Positions 9,899 to 20,145 are shown, numbered from the stretch's first letter. The stretch is 64,000 bases of DNA from an uncultured Lachnospiraceae bacterium (GCA_910586005.1 CAJUHG010000002.1:36362-100361), one strand, 5' to 3'. The notes: a model not told the origin generated them from the letters alone. Made by a program: numbers and translations.

Positions 9899-11374
9899 AT
9901 GGCAAAAAGAAAGCAAAAAAGAAAACTAAGAATGATAATAGGTGGCATAAGTGGTGTGATTTTATTACTGCTTGCAATTTATTTAGGGTTTGCTTTTTAT
10001 TTTAGCAATCACTTTTTCTTCCGCAGCAGAATTAACAATTGGAAAATAGGTGGAATGAGCCTAGAAAAGGCAGAAGAAAAAGTTGGTGATAGTGTGGAAG
10101 ACTATTTGTTGACAGTATTTGACCGCGAGGGAGAAAAACACCATATCTATGGACAGGAAATAGGATGTGAGTATGTGCCAGATGGATCTATAGAGAAATT
10201 GTTAAAAACCCAAGAACCTTTCTGGTGGATAACGGCTATTTTTCATTCAGAAGATAATCAAGTGCCTATTACAATGAAATATGAAGAGGAATTGATTGCT
10301 GATGCAGTAAATGGAATGGACTGTTTTAAGAAGGAAAATATTATAAAGCCCCAAAATGCAGAAATTAAATTGGGGGAAGAGGGTTATTATGTAGAGCCAG
10401 AACAACCAGGAACAGAAATGGTTTTTGAAAATGTGCTAGAAAAAGTAAAACAGGCAGTTTCTGCAGGAGAGAATAGTATTACACTTACAGATGAGGATTA
10501 TGTAAATCCAGAAATTACAAAGGAAAGCACTATCATTACAGATACCATAGACCGCATTAAAAAGTATGAAAATGCTGAAGTTAATTATGAAATCAAAGAT
10601 TATGAAGAAAAATTAGACAAAGAACAAATTCGGCAGTTTATTCAACTTGGTGATAATTATGAGGTTTCTCTAAAAGAAGATCAGATAGAAAGATATGTGC
10701 AAGATCTTGCAAGTAAATACAATACTTATGCAGATGTGCGTTCTTTTAAAACTTCCGCTGGTGATACAATAGAAATTGGTGGTGGTGATTATGGTTGGAT
10801 TGTAAATAAGCCCAAAGAAGCTGAACAATTAAAAGCAGATTTAGAGGCAGGTGTTCCTGTTAGTCGTCCACCAATTTATTCACAGCGGCCATTTGTAGAA
10901 GGAAAAGATGATATTGGAACTACCTATATAGAAATTGATTATACCAAACAACATCTTTGGTATTATGAAAATGGTAGTTTGGTAACAGAAACAGATGTGG
11001 TAACAGGAAATATCAGTAGAAATAATGGGTCACCAGATGGTGTCTTTAAAATTGTTTATAAAGAAAGTCCTGCCGTATTGAAGGGGGAAGATTATGAATC
11101 AGATGTTACATATTTTATGCCTTTTGCTTATAATGTGGGAATTCATGACGCCTCTTGGAGAAATGGAAAATTTGGTGGGGAAATTTACAAAAGCAGTGGT
11201 TCTCATGGATGTATCAATGCACCCTTGGAAGTAGCACAAATGCTTTATGAAAAAGTGCAAGTGGGAACACCTGTGATTGCTTACTACAGAGAAAAAGTAG
11301 AATTGACAGCAGAAAATGCTAAAATATCTAATGCATTTTCTTATGTGGCGCCAGAAAATGGGGAAGACAGATGA
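9899..11374 (+). CDS. L,D-transpeptidase (YkuD domain) with PG-binding domains and N-terminal membrane anchor
   Basis: Basic N-terminus plus TM helix; GIHDA..R and SHGCIN catalytic motif. Start moved to the ATG at 9899 (GAGGA RBS). Confidence 0.9.
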   Translation: MAKRKQKRKLRMIIGGISGVILLLLAIYLGFAFYFSNHFFFRSRINNWKIGGMSLEKAEEKVGDSVEDYLLTVFDREGEKHHIYGQEIGCEYVPDGSIEKLLKTQEPFWWITAIFHSEDNQVPITMKYEEELIADAVNGMDCFKKENIIKPQNAEIKLGEEGYYVEPEQPGTEMVFENVLEKVKQAVSAGENSITLTDEDYVNPEITKESTIITDTIDRIKKYENAEVNYEIKDYEEKLDKEQIRQFIQLGDNYEVSLKEDQIERYVQDLASKYNTYADVRSFKTSAGDTIEIGGGDYGWIVNKPKEAEQLKADLEAGVPVSRPPIYSQRPFVEGKDDIGTTYIEIDYTKQHLWYYENGSLVTETDVVTGNISRNNGSPDGVFKIVYKESPAVLKGEDYESDVTYFMPFAYNVGIHDASWRNGKFGGEIYKSSGSHGCINAPLEVAQMLYEKVQVGTPVIAYYREKVELTAENAKISNAFSYVAPENGEDR

Positions 11375-12456
11375 AAGAGATAGATATCTATGGAACAATT
11401 GGTCCAGCTTGTGCAAAAGAAGAGATTTTAAAAAAAATGTTTATATTTGGTATGACAGGGATTCGGGTAAATCTCTCACATGTGATGCTAGAGGAATGTG
11501 AGGAATGGATTCAGATAATAAAAAAATCTGCTGCACAAGCTGGTATCATCCCCAAAATTCTGATGGATTTGCAAGGACCAGAGCTTAGAATTGGTAATTT
11601 GATACGACCTATTTTATTGGTAGAGGGGAAAATAGTATCTCTTAGAAAAAATCCATTACCTGTTTATCAGGTAAATAAAGAAACAATTCCACTTCCACCA
11701 ATTATATTTGATTATTTAAAAAAGAGACAATTAATATTACTAGATGATAGTAAAATACAACTTGAAATAGTAGATAAAGAAGAAGATTTTGCAAGTTGTA
11801 AAGTGATACGGGGAGGTATGTTGCAATCTAGGAAAAGTATTGCCATGCCAGAAATAAATTTGCATTTGCCTGTTTTAACAGAAAATGACAAGAAAAATAT
11901 CCATATGGCAAAATATTATGGAATTACAGGTGTTATGTTACCTTTTGTTAGACAGGCAGAAGATTTAAAATATTTAAAACAGGAATTACAAGATGCAGAT
12001 GTAGATGATATAGAAATATTTGCCAAAATAGAAAATTTAGAGGGTATTAAAAATTTAAAGGAACTTATTCCATATTCAGATCAGATTGTAATTGCCAGAG
12101 GAGATTTAGGGAATCAGATGCCTTTGTGGGAATTGCCAGCAGTACAAGCTGATATTGCAAGACAATGTCAACAAGTAGGAAAACCTTATATGGTAGTGAC
12201 TCAAATGCTTGCATCTATGGAAAAACATGCAATTCCTACAAGAGCAGAAGTATCTGATATTTTCCGCGCAGTAATAGAAGGAGCTTCTAGTGTGATGGTA
12301 ACAGGAGAAACTGCCATAGGGAAATATCCAGTGGAAGTGATTCAATATCTCGCGAATACAGTAAAATCTGCAAATTATTATCGCCTTTCCCATCTACCAC
12401 TTGCACCACAGGGAAGTACTAACCCATTGGAGGAAACAGGAAGTCCTATTTCTTGA
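11371..12456 (+). CDS. pyk: Pyruvate kinase, short form without the C-terminal regulatory domain
   Basis: GTIGPA, RVNLSH, DLQGPELR, AKIEN, IARGDLG, TQMLASM, PTRAEVSD, GETAIGKYP. Confidence 0.9.
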   Translation: MKEIDIYGTIGPACAKEEILKKMFIFGMTGIRVNLSHVMLEECEEWIQIIKKSAAQAGIIPKILMDLQGPELRIGNLIRPILLVEGKIVSLRKNPLPVYQVNKETIPLPPIIFDYLKKRQLILLDDSKIQLEIVDKEEDFASCKVIRGGMLQSRKSIAMPEINLHLPVLTENDKKNIHMAKYYGITGVMLPFVRQAEDLKYLKQELQDADVDDIEIFAKIENLEGIKNLKELIPYSDQIVIARGDLGNQMPLWELPAVQADIARQCQQVGKPYMVVTQMLASMEKHAIPTRAEVSDIFRAVIEGASSVMVTGETAIGKYPVEVIQYLANTVKSANYYRLSHLPLAPQGSTNPLEETGSPIS

Positions 12457-13238
12457 GCATCTACAGTCCCATGAAATCTTTTTAACTCTGTTCCTAACAT
12501 ATAGGCAAGAACTGCAGGTTGTAATCCTGTAGTATAGGAATTAATTAGAAAAAATAGTGGGTGGTCAGTGAGAAGTTGAGTACAAAGTTTTATCAAAGGA
12601 TATAGATTGTCCTCAATTTTCCAAATTTCTCCCTTGGGTCCTCTACCATAAGAAGGAGGGTCCATAATAATAGCATCATACTGATTGCCACGACGAATCT
12701 CACGTTCTACAAATTTCACACAGTCATCTACAATCCAGCGAATAGGAGCCTCTGACAGACCAGAGGAAACAGCATTTTCCTTTGCCCAATAAACCATTCC
12801 TTTGGAGGCATCCACATGAGTGACACTAGCTCCAGCAGCGGCAGCGGCTAGTGTGGCACCCCCTGTATAGGCAAAAAGATTTAAGACTTTTATAGAATGC
12901 TTTGCATGTCTTATCTTTGCGCTAAACCAATCCCAGTTTACTGCCTGTTCTGGAAAAAGTCCTGTATGTTTAAAACGAAAAGGTTTTAAATGAAAAGTCA
13001 AAGAATTGTAATGAATCTCCCATTGTTCAGGTAAATGAAAAAATTCCCATTCTCCCCCACCTTTTTTACTGCGATGATAATGTCCATTTTTATGTTTCCA
13101 GCCTTTGTGGGTTTTTGGAGTATCCCAAATAACTTGTGGGTCTGGTCTTATTAAGATATAGTTTGTCCAGCGTTCTAATTTTTCACCTTTGGAACAATCA
13201 ATCACTTCATACTCTTTCCAATTATCTGCAATCCACAT
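12378..13238 (-). CDS. Class I SAM-dependent methyltransferase (RlmI/RlmK-like)
   Basis: HTGLFPEQ, VLNLFAYTGG, HVDAS, MDPPSYG. Confidence 0.88.
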   Translation of the reverse strand: MWIADNWKEYEVIDCSKGEKLERWTNYILIRPDPQVIWDTPKTHKGWKHKNGHYHRSKKGGGEWEFFHLPEQWEIHYNSLTFHLKPFRFKHTGLFPEQAVNWDWFSAKIRHAKHSIKVLNLFAYTGGATLAAAAAGASVTHVDASKGMVYWAKENAVSSGLSEAPIRWIVDDCVKFVEREIRRGNQYDAIIMDPPSYGRGPKGEIWKIEDNLYPLIKLCTQLLTDHPLFFLINSYTTGLQPAVLAYMLGTELKRFHGTVDAQEIGLPVSSNGLVLPCGASGRWERR

Positions 13239-13315
13239 AAAAGTGTTTCCTTTCTAGGCTTTAAATTTTTATTTGTTCTCTTATTATTCAATCAGACACT
13301 TATATTGTCCTCTAA

Positions 13316-13431
13316 ATTATATAGCTGGATTTTAGTAGCGTCAACCAGAATCATCAATTCTAACAATTTTAATAAGTAAAAATGCTATCATGATAGTACA
13401 GATTGAATCTATTAGATAGAGATGCTATAAT
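13316..13431. promoter_or_regulatory. Divergent SigA promoters (methyltransferase and lgt)
   Basis: Minus strand TTGACG-N17-TATAAT (13344-13316); plus strand TTGAAT-N17-TATAAT with TG extension (13403-13431). Confidence 0.7.
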
Positions 13432-13494
13432 ATACAAGAATAGTAATAGAAATTGCTATTATTTACTGAATAATAAGATGATTGGAGGAAAAAG

Positions 13495-14241
13495 ATGATT
13501 AATGATATACACCTTGGACCATTAACAATCCATTTATATGGTGTTATGGTGGCAATTGGCTATATGAGCGCATTGCTTATTAGTGAGCATCGTGCAAAAA
13601 AACAGGGCTTAAACCCTGATATTTTATTTGGAATATTTTGGTGTGCTGTGATTGGAGGGGCTGTAGGAAGCAAACTTCTCTATTATACAGTTAATATCAA
13701 AGATATTTTAAGAGATCCTTCTATTTTATGGAATTTACAAAATGGATGGGTGGTATATGGTGGAATCATTGGTGGTGTTGTTTCAGGTTTGGGATATTGC
13801 CACTATAAGAAGGTAGATTTTCTTCGTTACTTGGATTTGGTTCTCCCAGCAGTGGCTTTTGCACAAGGATGTGGGCGTATGGGTTGCTTTTTTTCAGGTT
13901 GTTGTTATGGAAGGGAAACAGATTCTGTATTTAGCATTCAATATTGGCAGTCAGATTATGCTCCAAATGGTGTAAAATTAATTCCTACTCAGATTTATTC
14001 TAGTATTGGAGATTTTGCAATGGCATTTATTTTAATGATATATGCTAAACGAGAACCCAAAAAGGGAAAAATTACAGCAGTGTATTGTATCCTTTATAGT
14101 ATTGGAAGGTTTATAATTGAGATTTTTAGAAATGATTACCGAGGGGCGTTTGGAATATTGTCTACTTCACAGTTAATTTCTATTTTTATTTTAATATTAG
14201 GAATAGTGGTATTTTTATGGGCAGAAAAACGTACTGTTTAA
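13495..14241 (+). CDS. lgt: Prolipoprotein diacylglyceryl transferase
   Basis: YGVM, YGGIIGG, AQGCGRMGCFFSGCCYG, PTQIY, RFIIEIFR. Confidence 0.93.
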   Translation: MINDIHLGPLTIHLYGVMVAIGYMSALLISEHRAKKQGLNPDILFGIFWCAVIGGAVGSKLLYYTVNIKDILRDPSILWNLQNGWVVYGGIIGGVVSGLGYCHYKKVDFLRYLDLVLPAVAFAQGCGRMGCFFSGCCYGRETDSVFSIQYWQSDYAPNGVKLIPTQIYSSIGDFAMAFILMIYAKREPKKGKITAVYCILYSIGRFIIEIFRNDYRGAFGILSTSQLISIFILILGIVVFLWAEKRTV

Positions 14242-14349
14242 TTATTTTCCTTCTTCTCAAAATATAATATCTTAGAGGGTTTCTTAATCTTAGGACTTTA
14301 TAAATTAGAAATATTACTTCACTCTTGCAAACTTTCTATTGTCATAAAT

Positions 14350-14397
14350 AAAAATGTTCATCTTCTTTTTGATATAAAAGAAGATGGACATTTTTTT
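14350..14397 (+). terminator. Intrinsic terminator after lgt
   Basis: AAAATGTTCATCTTCTTTT / AAAAGAAGATGGACATTTT long stem ending in T7. Confidence 0.75.
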
Positions 14398-14466
14398 CTA
14401 TCAAGAAAGAGTTTATTATGTGAAGGTGTGAAAGTATCTTCTCGATAGAAGAAAACATGATATGTG
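14393..14466. repeat. ~73-bp dispersed hairpin repeat (REP/MITE-like), copy B
   Basis: Matches 2719-2790; TTCTATCAAGAA ... TTCTCGATAGAA inverted ends. Confidence 0.7.
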
Positions 14467-14476
14467 TGTTACCTAT

Positions 14477-14624
14477 ATTGTTGTTTCAACAATATAGTAT
14501 TTATATAATATAAAAATAATAAAGAAATTGTTAAAATAAAAGTTGACAAACCCCAAAAATGCTGTTATTATAAAAATATAAACTTTTGAAACAACAATTC
14601 ATTATAAAAATATTTTTGAAACAA
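14477..14624 (+). promoter_or_regulatory. SigA promoter of the PTS operon with repeated TTGAAACAA operator-like sites
   Basis: TTGACA-N17-TATTAT with TG extension (14543-14571); TTGAAACAA inverted at 14481-14489 and direct at 14586 and 14616. Confidence 0.7.
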
Positions 14625-14742
14625 AAGTATGGATTGCAAAAGTAAAAAAAGATGATAAAATGAAAGGAGTAGGTGAATTATGAAGTAAAAGAAAAAGAAA
14701 ACATAGTTATCGTTTGATTATGTTTTCTCAGGAGGTATTACA

Positions 14743-15504
14743 ATGGATGCAATGGAACAGCGCAGAAATTTAATTGTGGATTTGGTGAATCAGAGCGGAA
14801 ATATAAGTTTTGCACAGTTAAAGAAAAAAATTCCCCAAATATCTGAAATGACACTGCGCACAGATTTAAAAGCTCTTGATGAAGCAAAACGAATTGTTCG
14901 GGTGCATGGAGGAGCGAAGTCGGTAGATGTTGTAATAGGTACTGATGATATGTTAAGCCGGAGATTAGTAAGAAATATAGAAGCAAAACAGTTGATTATA
15001 CAAAAAGCACTAAAACTTATTCGGAAAGATACAACTATTTTTTTGGATTCTGGCAGTACAACAACAGCACTGGCCTCATGTATACCAGATCAGTCAAATT
15101 TAATTTATACCAATTCTTTAACTTGTGCAGTAGAACTCTGCAAATTAATGAACCCAAAGGTACATGTTCTTGGAGGAAGCATTAATCAATATAGTATGAG
15201 TATTTGTGGGATTCATGCGATTCAAGATATATTAAGAATTAACTTTAATCAAGTATTTATGGGAGTTACTAGTTATTGTGAACAGACAGGATTTAGTTGT
15301 GGTGTGGATGAAGAAGCAGTTTTAAAAAAAGCTGTTATGAATCAAGCAGAACAATCCATTATTTTAATGGATTCTACGAAGGTAGGTGTCAAAAGTACCT
15401 ATACAATTTGCGAATTGTCTGATGTAGATATTATTATTTCTGATGACAATCTACCAGAAGAATTTTTAGAAGATTGTAAGAAATATAAAGTACAAGTTAT
15501 TTAG
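14743..15504 (+). CDS. DeoR/GlpR (FruR-like) transcriptional repressor
   Basis: ISEMTLRTDL..L, RVHGGA, FLDSGSTT, TNSL motifs. Confidence 0.93.
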   Translation: MDAMEQRRNLIVDLVNQSGNISFAQLKKKIPQISEMTLRTDLKALDEAKRIVRVHGGAKSVDVVIGTDDMLSRRLVRNIEAKQLIIQKALKLIRKDTTIFLDSGSTTTALASCIPDQSNLIYTNSLTCAVELCKLMNPKVHVLGGSINQYSMSICGIHAIQDILRINFNQVFMGVTSYCEQTGFSCGVDEEAVLKKAVMNQAEQSIILMDSTKVGVKSTYTICELSDVDIIISDDNLPEEFLEDCKKYKVQVI

Positions 15505-15676
15505 AAGAAAACTGATGTGGACATTTTCATTTTGTCTTTCAAGAGTAAACGAACTTAAGTAATTGTGATATTAATGATTTTTTCATTTCCTATTGTCTTC
15601 TTGTGATGGGGATACACTATGTAAAGAATGGTAATTTCACAATTACTTAATAAACGAACGAAGAAGGAGAAAATTA

Positions 15677-17557
15677 ATGAAAAATGGTGTTCAACGTTTT
15701 GGTAAATTTCTCTCAGCAATGATTATGCCCAATATAGGTGCATTAATTGCATTTGGTTTTCTAGCTGCATTTTTTAATAGCAGTGGATGGATTCCACATG
15801 AGGGATTTGCCACAATCTTTTCAGCAATTTTAGTTTATTTAATTCCAATTTTAATCGCAGCAACAGGTGGAAGATTGGTTGGTGGAGAACGTGGCAGTAT
15901 TGTCGCTGCAATTGCAGTTGTGGGTGCAATTATGAGTGACCCCAATACTACGATGTTAATGGCAGCTATGATAATGGGACCCTTAGCAGGTTTTTGCATT
16001 AAGAAATTTGATGAGGCAATGGAGGACCATATGCCAGCAGGTTTTGAGATGCTTATCAATAATTTTTCTGTTGGTATTATTGGTATGTTATTGGCTATGT
16101 TGGGTTTTGTTGCAATTGGTCCTTTTATGAATTTAATTCTTAGTATCTTGGCAGCAGGAGTTAATTTTTTAATTACGCATGGTGTATTACCACTGATTGC
16201 TGTTTTTATTGAGCCAGCAAAAGTATTATTTTTAAATAATGCAATCAATCATGGTATTTTTACCCCTATTGCGACTGCACAGGCAGCAGAAACAGGAAGA
16301 TCTATTATGTATATGCTAGAATCAAATCCAGGTCCAGGTCTTGGTGTGTTATTGGCATATATGTTCTTTTGTGAAGATAAGAAAACGAAACAGTCTGCTC
16401 CAGGTGCAGTGATTATCCATTTATTAGGCGGTATTCATGAGATTTATTTTCCTTATATCTTAATGAATCCTTTTATAATTATTGGTCCCATTTTAGGTAA
16501 CGTTGCAGCAATTTTCTGGTATAATTTAACAGATTGTGGTTTGGTAGGGCCTGCTTCTCCTGGTTCCATTATTGCATATTTAATGATGACGCCAGGAAAT
16601 AAAATGCTTCCAGTTATTGTAGGTGTGCTAATAGCTACTGGTATTTCTTTTGGGATATCTTCTGTTATGATTCGTATGTCTAAGGGAAAGAGTTTAGAGG
16701 AGGCACAAGAACAAGTTGCAAGTCGGAAAGCAGAAGCAAAAGGACAAAGTACAGGAAATACAACAGTTGTTAAGGCGGAAGGTGTAAGAAAAGTGGTATT
16801 TGCTTGTGATGCAGGTATGGGTTCTTCTGCTATGGGTGCAACAAAGTTTAGAAATAGAGTAAAAGCAAACAGACCTGACTTGACAGTTATTAATTCATCT
16901 GTAGATACAATTCCAACAGATTGTGATATTGCAGTTGTTCAGGTTACCTTAGTGGAGCGTGCAAGAAAATGTGTACCTCATGCACAGATAGTAACCATCA
17001 ATAATTTTTTGGCAGATCCTGCCTTAGATGCGTTATTTGAACAATTAACATCAAAAGAAGATGTACAACAAAATAAGAATCTTCCAAAACAAAAAATAGA
17101 AGAAATTGTATCAGAGGTTGCATCTTCTGATGATAAGAAACAAATACTAGTAAGAGATGGAATCAAATTGAATTTAAAGACAGTTTCTAAGGAAGAAGCT
17201 ATTCAAGCAGCAGGGGAACTTTTGGCAGAACTTGGCTATGTAGATGCATCTTATGTGGATGCAATGCAAGAGCGTGAAAAGATTGTAACTACATATATGG
17301 GCTTAGGTGTGGCAATTCCGCATGGAACTTCGCAGGCAAAAGGTACTGTGAAAAAAACGGGTATTGTATTGTTGCAATATCCAGAGGGTGTTTCATTTGG
17401 AGATGAAAAAGCACAGCTTATATTTGGTATTGCAGGTGTTGGCAATGAACATCTGGATTTATTAGAAAAAATTTGTGGTATGTTAGAAGAGGAAGATATT
17501 TTGGAAACCTTCAAGATGACAGCAGATATAGACTGGATATTAAGACAGTTAAATTAG
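15677..17557 (+). CDS. mtlA: PTS mannitol-family EIICBA fusion
   Basis: VQRFGKFLSAMIMPNIGA, FLNNAINHG, GGIHEIYFPY (EIIC); FACDAGMGSSAMGA (EIIB); AIPHG (EIIA). Confidence 0.93.
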   Translation: MKNGVQRFGKFLSAMIMPNIGALIAFGFLAAFFNSSGWIPHEGFATIFSAILVYLIPILIAATGGRLVGGERGSIVAAIAVVGAIMSDPNTTMLMAAMIMGPLAGFCIKKFDEAMEDHMPAGFEMLINNFSVGIIGMLLAMLGFVAIGPFMNLILSILAAGVNFLITHGVLPLIAVFIEPAKVLFLNNAINHGIFTPIATAQAAETGRSIMYMLESNPGPGLGVLLAYMFFCEDKKTKQSAPGAVIIHLLGGIHEIYFPYILMNPFIIIGPILGNVAAIFWYNLTDCGLVGPASPGSIIAYLMMTPGNKMLPVIVGVLIATGISFGISSVMIRMSKGKSLEEAQEQVASRKAEAKGQSTGNTTVVKAEGVRKVVFACDAGMGSSAMGATKFRNRVKANRPDLTVINSSVDTIPTDCDIAVVQVTLVERARKCVPHAQIVTINNFLADPALDALFEQLTSKEDVQQNKNLPKQKIEEIVSEVASSDDKKQILVRDGIKLNLKTVSKEEAIQAAGELLAELGYVDASYVDAMQEREKIVTTYMGLGVAIPHGTSQAKGTVKKTGIVLLQYPEGVSFGDEKAQLIFGIAGVGNEHLDLLEKICGMLEEEDILETFKMTADIDWILRQLN

Positions 17558-17679
17558 CAAAATTACTAGAATGTAAGAACAATTTTAGCGTTCTTATAAT
17601 AGGGCGCATACCATGCAGGGCATAGTATTTTATTAGATATAGATTGTATTTGAGATAATTAAATTTAGGAGGAAATGAA

Positions 17680-18942
17680 ATGAAAGTAAAAGGTGTTAGA
17701 CTTCATGGTGCACATGATATTAGATTAGAGGAATTTGAGCTTCCTGAGATAAAAGAAGATGAAATTTTAGTTAAAGTTGTCAGTGATAGCATTTGTATGT
17801 CTACTTGGAAAATGGTGCAAGCTGGTAAAAATCATAAGCGTGTGCCAGAAAATGTAGCAGAACATCCTGTTATTATTGGACATGAATTTACGGGTGATAT
17901 TGTAAAAGTTGGGGAAAAATGGAAAGATAAATTTCATGAAGGAAAGAAATTTGCGCAGCAGCCCGCAATTCCAGGGCAAATGGAATCTCCAGGATATTCC
18001 TATGAATTTTTTGGAGGAGCTTCCACTTATTGCATTTTTCCAAATGATGTTATTGAAAAAGGTTGCATTTGGGAATATGATGGAGATAGCTACTTTGAGG
18101 CATCTCTTGGTGAACCTATGAGTTGTTGCATTGGTGGATATCACAGTAATTATCACACAGAGCATCTTTCCTATGAACATAAGATGGGTACCTTAGCTGG
18201 AGGAGATATTTTGATACTTGGTGGATGTGGTCCTATGGGACTTGGAGCAGTAAGTTATGGCCTAACCTTTGAAAATAAGCCAAAACGAATTGTTGTTACA
18301 GATATCAATGATGCTAAGATTGCCAGAGCAAAAGAAGTAATTTCAGAGGCAGAAGCGAAAGAGAAGGGTGTAGAACTTCATTATGTTAATACAGCGAATA
18401 TGGAAGATCCAGTGGCTGAACTTCGTGCGATTACAGAAGGGGTAGGATATAGTGATGTGTTTGTATATGCTCCTGTACAGAGTATTGCAGAGATGGGAAA
18501 TCGTCTGCTTGCAGTAGATGGGTGTTTAAATTTCTTTGCAGGTCCTACAGATACACAATTTTCTGCAAGTATGAACCTCTATGATTGCCATTATGCAAGA
18601 ACTAAAATTATGGGGTCTACAGGTGGCAATACAGAAGATATGAAGGAGGCCATTGAAAAATCAGCAAAAGGTTTGATTAATTCGGCTGTTATGGTAACTC
18701 ATGTAGGTGGAATAGATTCTATTGTTGATACAACCAATCATTTACCAAATATTCCAGGTGGTAAGAAATTAGCTTATATTCAATTTGATATGCCAATGAC
18801 AGCAATTGAAGATTTTGGAAAATTAGGAGAAAAAGATCCCTTCTTTAAAAAATTAGATGAATGTTGCAAGCGAAACAAAGGTCTTTGGTCAAAAGAGGCA
18901 GAAGACATGTTGTTTGAACATTTTGGAGGAGTACAGTCATGA
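17680..18942 (+). CDS. Zn-dependent medium-chain dehydrogenase, L-sorbose-1-phosphate reductase (SorE)-like
   Basis: DSICMSTWK, IGHE, EPMSC, GGCGPMG, HVGGID, IPGGKKL motifs. Confidence 0.8.
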   Translation: MKVKGVRLHGAHDIRLEEFELPEIKEDEILVKVVSDSICMSTWKMVQAGKNHKRVPENVAEHPVIIGHEFTGDIVKVGEKWKDKFHEGKKFAQQPAIPGQMESPGYSYEFFGGASTYCIFPNDVIEKGCIWEYDGDSYFEASLGEPMSCCIGGYHSNYHTEHLSYEHKMGTLAGGDILILGGCGPMGLGAVSYGLTFENKPKRIVVTDINDAKIARAKEVISEAEAKEKGVELHYVNTANMEDPVAELRAITEGVGYSDVFVYAPVQSIAEMGNRLLAVDGCLNFFAGPTDTQFSASMNLYDCHYARTKIMGSTGGNTEDMKEAIEKSAKGLINSAVMVTHVGGIDSIVDTTNHLPNIPGGKKLAYIQFDMPMTAIEDFGKLGEKDPFFKKLDECCKRNKGLWSKEAEDMLFEHFGGVQS

Positions 18943-19847
18943 TTTATACGGTTACCTTTAACCCATCCTTGGATTATATTGTATCCATGAAGGGATTTGA
19001 AATGGGTATGACAAACCGAACCACTGGGGAACAAATATTCCCTGGTGGCAAGGGAATAAATGTATCCATTGTGTTAAACAATCTAGGAATAGAAAATACT
19101 GCCTTGGGATTTACTGCAGGCTTTACAGGAGAACAGATTGAAAAAGAAAGTCGGAAAATGGGAGTAATCACAGATTTTATCCAAATAGAACATGGATTTT
19201 CTCGTATTAATGTCAAATTAAAAGATTATGATGGTACAGAAATTAATGGTATGGGACCAGAAATTGACCAAGATGCGATAGAGAAATTATATGAGAAATT
19301 AGAGAAATTAGAAGAAGGAGATGTATTAGTATTAGCTGGTAGCATTCCAAAAAGTTTACCAGATTCCATCTATAAAAATATTATGGAGCGTCTTCAAAAA
19401 AAGGGAGTATTATTTGTAGTCGATGCAACAAGAGATTTGTTGTTAAACGTATTAGAATATCACCCATTTTTAATTAAACCTAATAATCATGAACTTGGAG
19501 AAATCTTTGAAGTAGTGTTACAAACAAGAGATGAGGTGGTTCCTTATGCAAGAAAACTACAAGAAAAAGGTGCCAGAAATGTTTTGGTATCTATGTCGGG
19601 ACAGGGAGCTGTTTTAGTGGATGAAACAGGAGAAGTATATACACTTCCTGCACCAAAAGGAACCTTAGTAAATGCAGTAGGAGCTGGAGACTCTATGGTA
19701 GCTGGTTTTTTGGCAGGTTGGACAGAAAAGAAAGATTATAATTATGCATTTCGCATGGGAATTTCAACCGGAAGTGCTAGTGCTTTTTCAGAATTGCTAG
19801 CAACCAGAAAAGAAGTAGAAAAAATAATTGCAACTTTGGAAAAATAA
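18939..19847 (+). CDS. fruK: 1-phosphofructokinase (PfkB family)
   Basis: IYTVTFNPSLD, GGKGINVS, KPNNHEL, AVGAGDSMVAG. Confidence 0.9.
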   Translation: MIYTVTFNPSLDYIVSMKGFEMGMTNRTTGEQIFPGGKGINVSIVLNNLGIENTALGFTAGFTGEQIEKESRKMGVITDFIQIEHGFSRINVKLKDYDGTEINGMGPEIDQDAIEKLYEKLEKLEEGDVLVLAGSIPKSLPDSIYKNIMERLQKKGVLFVVDATRDLLLNVLEYHPFLIKPNNHELGEIFEVVLQTRDEVVPYARKLQEKGARNVLVSMSGQGAVLVDETGEVYTLPAPKGTLVNAVGAGDSMVAGFLAGWTEKKDYNYAFRMGISTGSASAFSELLATRKEVEKIIATLEK

Positions 19848-19873
19848 AAAAATAAGAAAGAGGATGATTAATA

Positions 19874-20131
19874 ATGAAAGAATTTAATTATGTTATTACA
19901 GATGCAGAAGGGATTCATGCTCGACCAGCAGGGGAATTGGTAAAGAAAGCAAAAGAGTACATATCTTCTATATCCATTATCAAAGAAGGAAAAAAGGCAG
20001 ATGCCAAAAAACTTTTTGGAGTGATGGGACTTGGTGTAAAACAGGGAATGGAGATTACAGTACAAGTAGAAGGTGAGGATGAAGAAACTGCAGCAGCAGC
20101 TATGGAGACATTTTTAAAGGAAAATTTATAA
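19874..20131 (+). CDS. ptsH: Phosphocarrier protein HPr
   Basis: GIHARPA with His15; position 46 is Lys, not Ser. Confidence 0.9.
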   Translation: MKEFNYVITDAEGIHARPAGELVKKAKEYISSISIIKEGKKADAKKLFGVMGLGVKQGMEITVQVEGEDEETAAAAMETFLKENL

Positions 20132-20145
20132 AATGAAACTATTTT

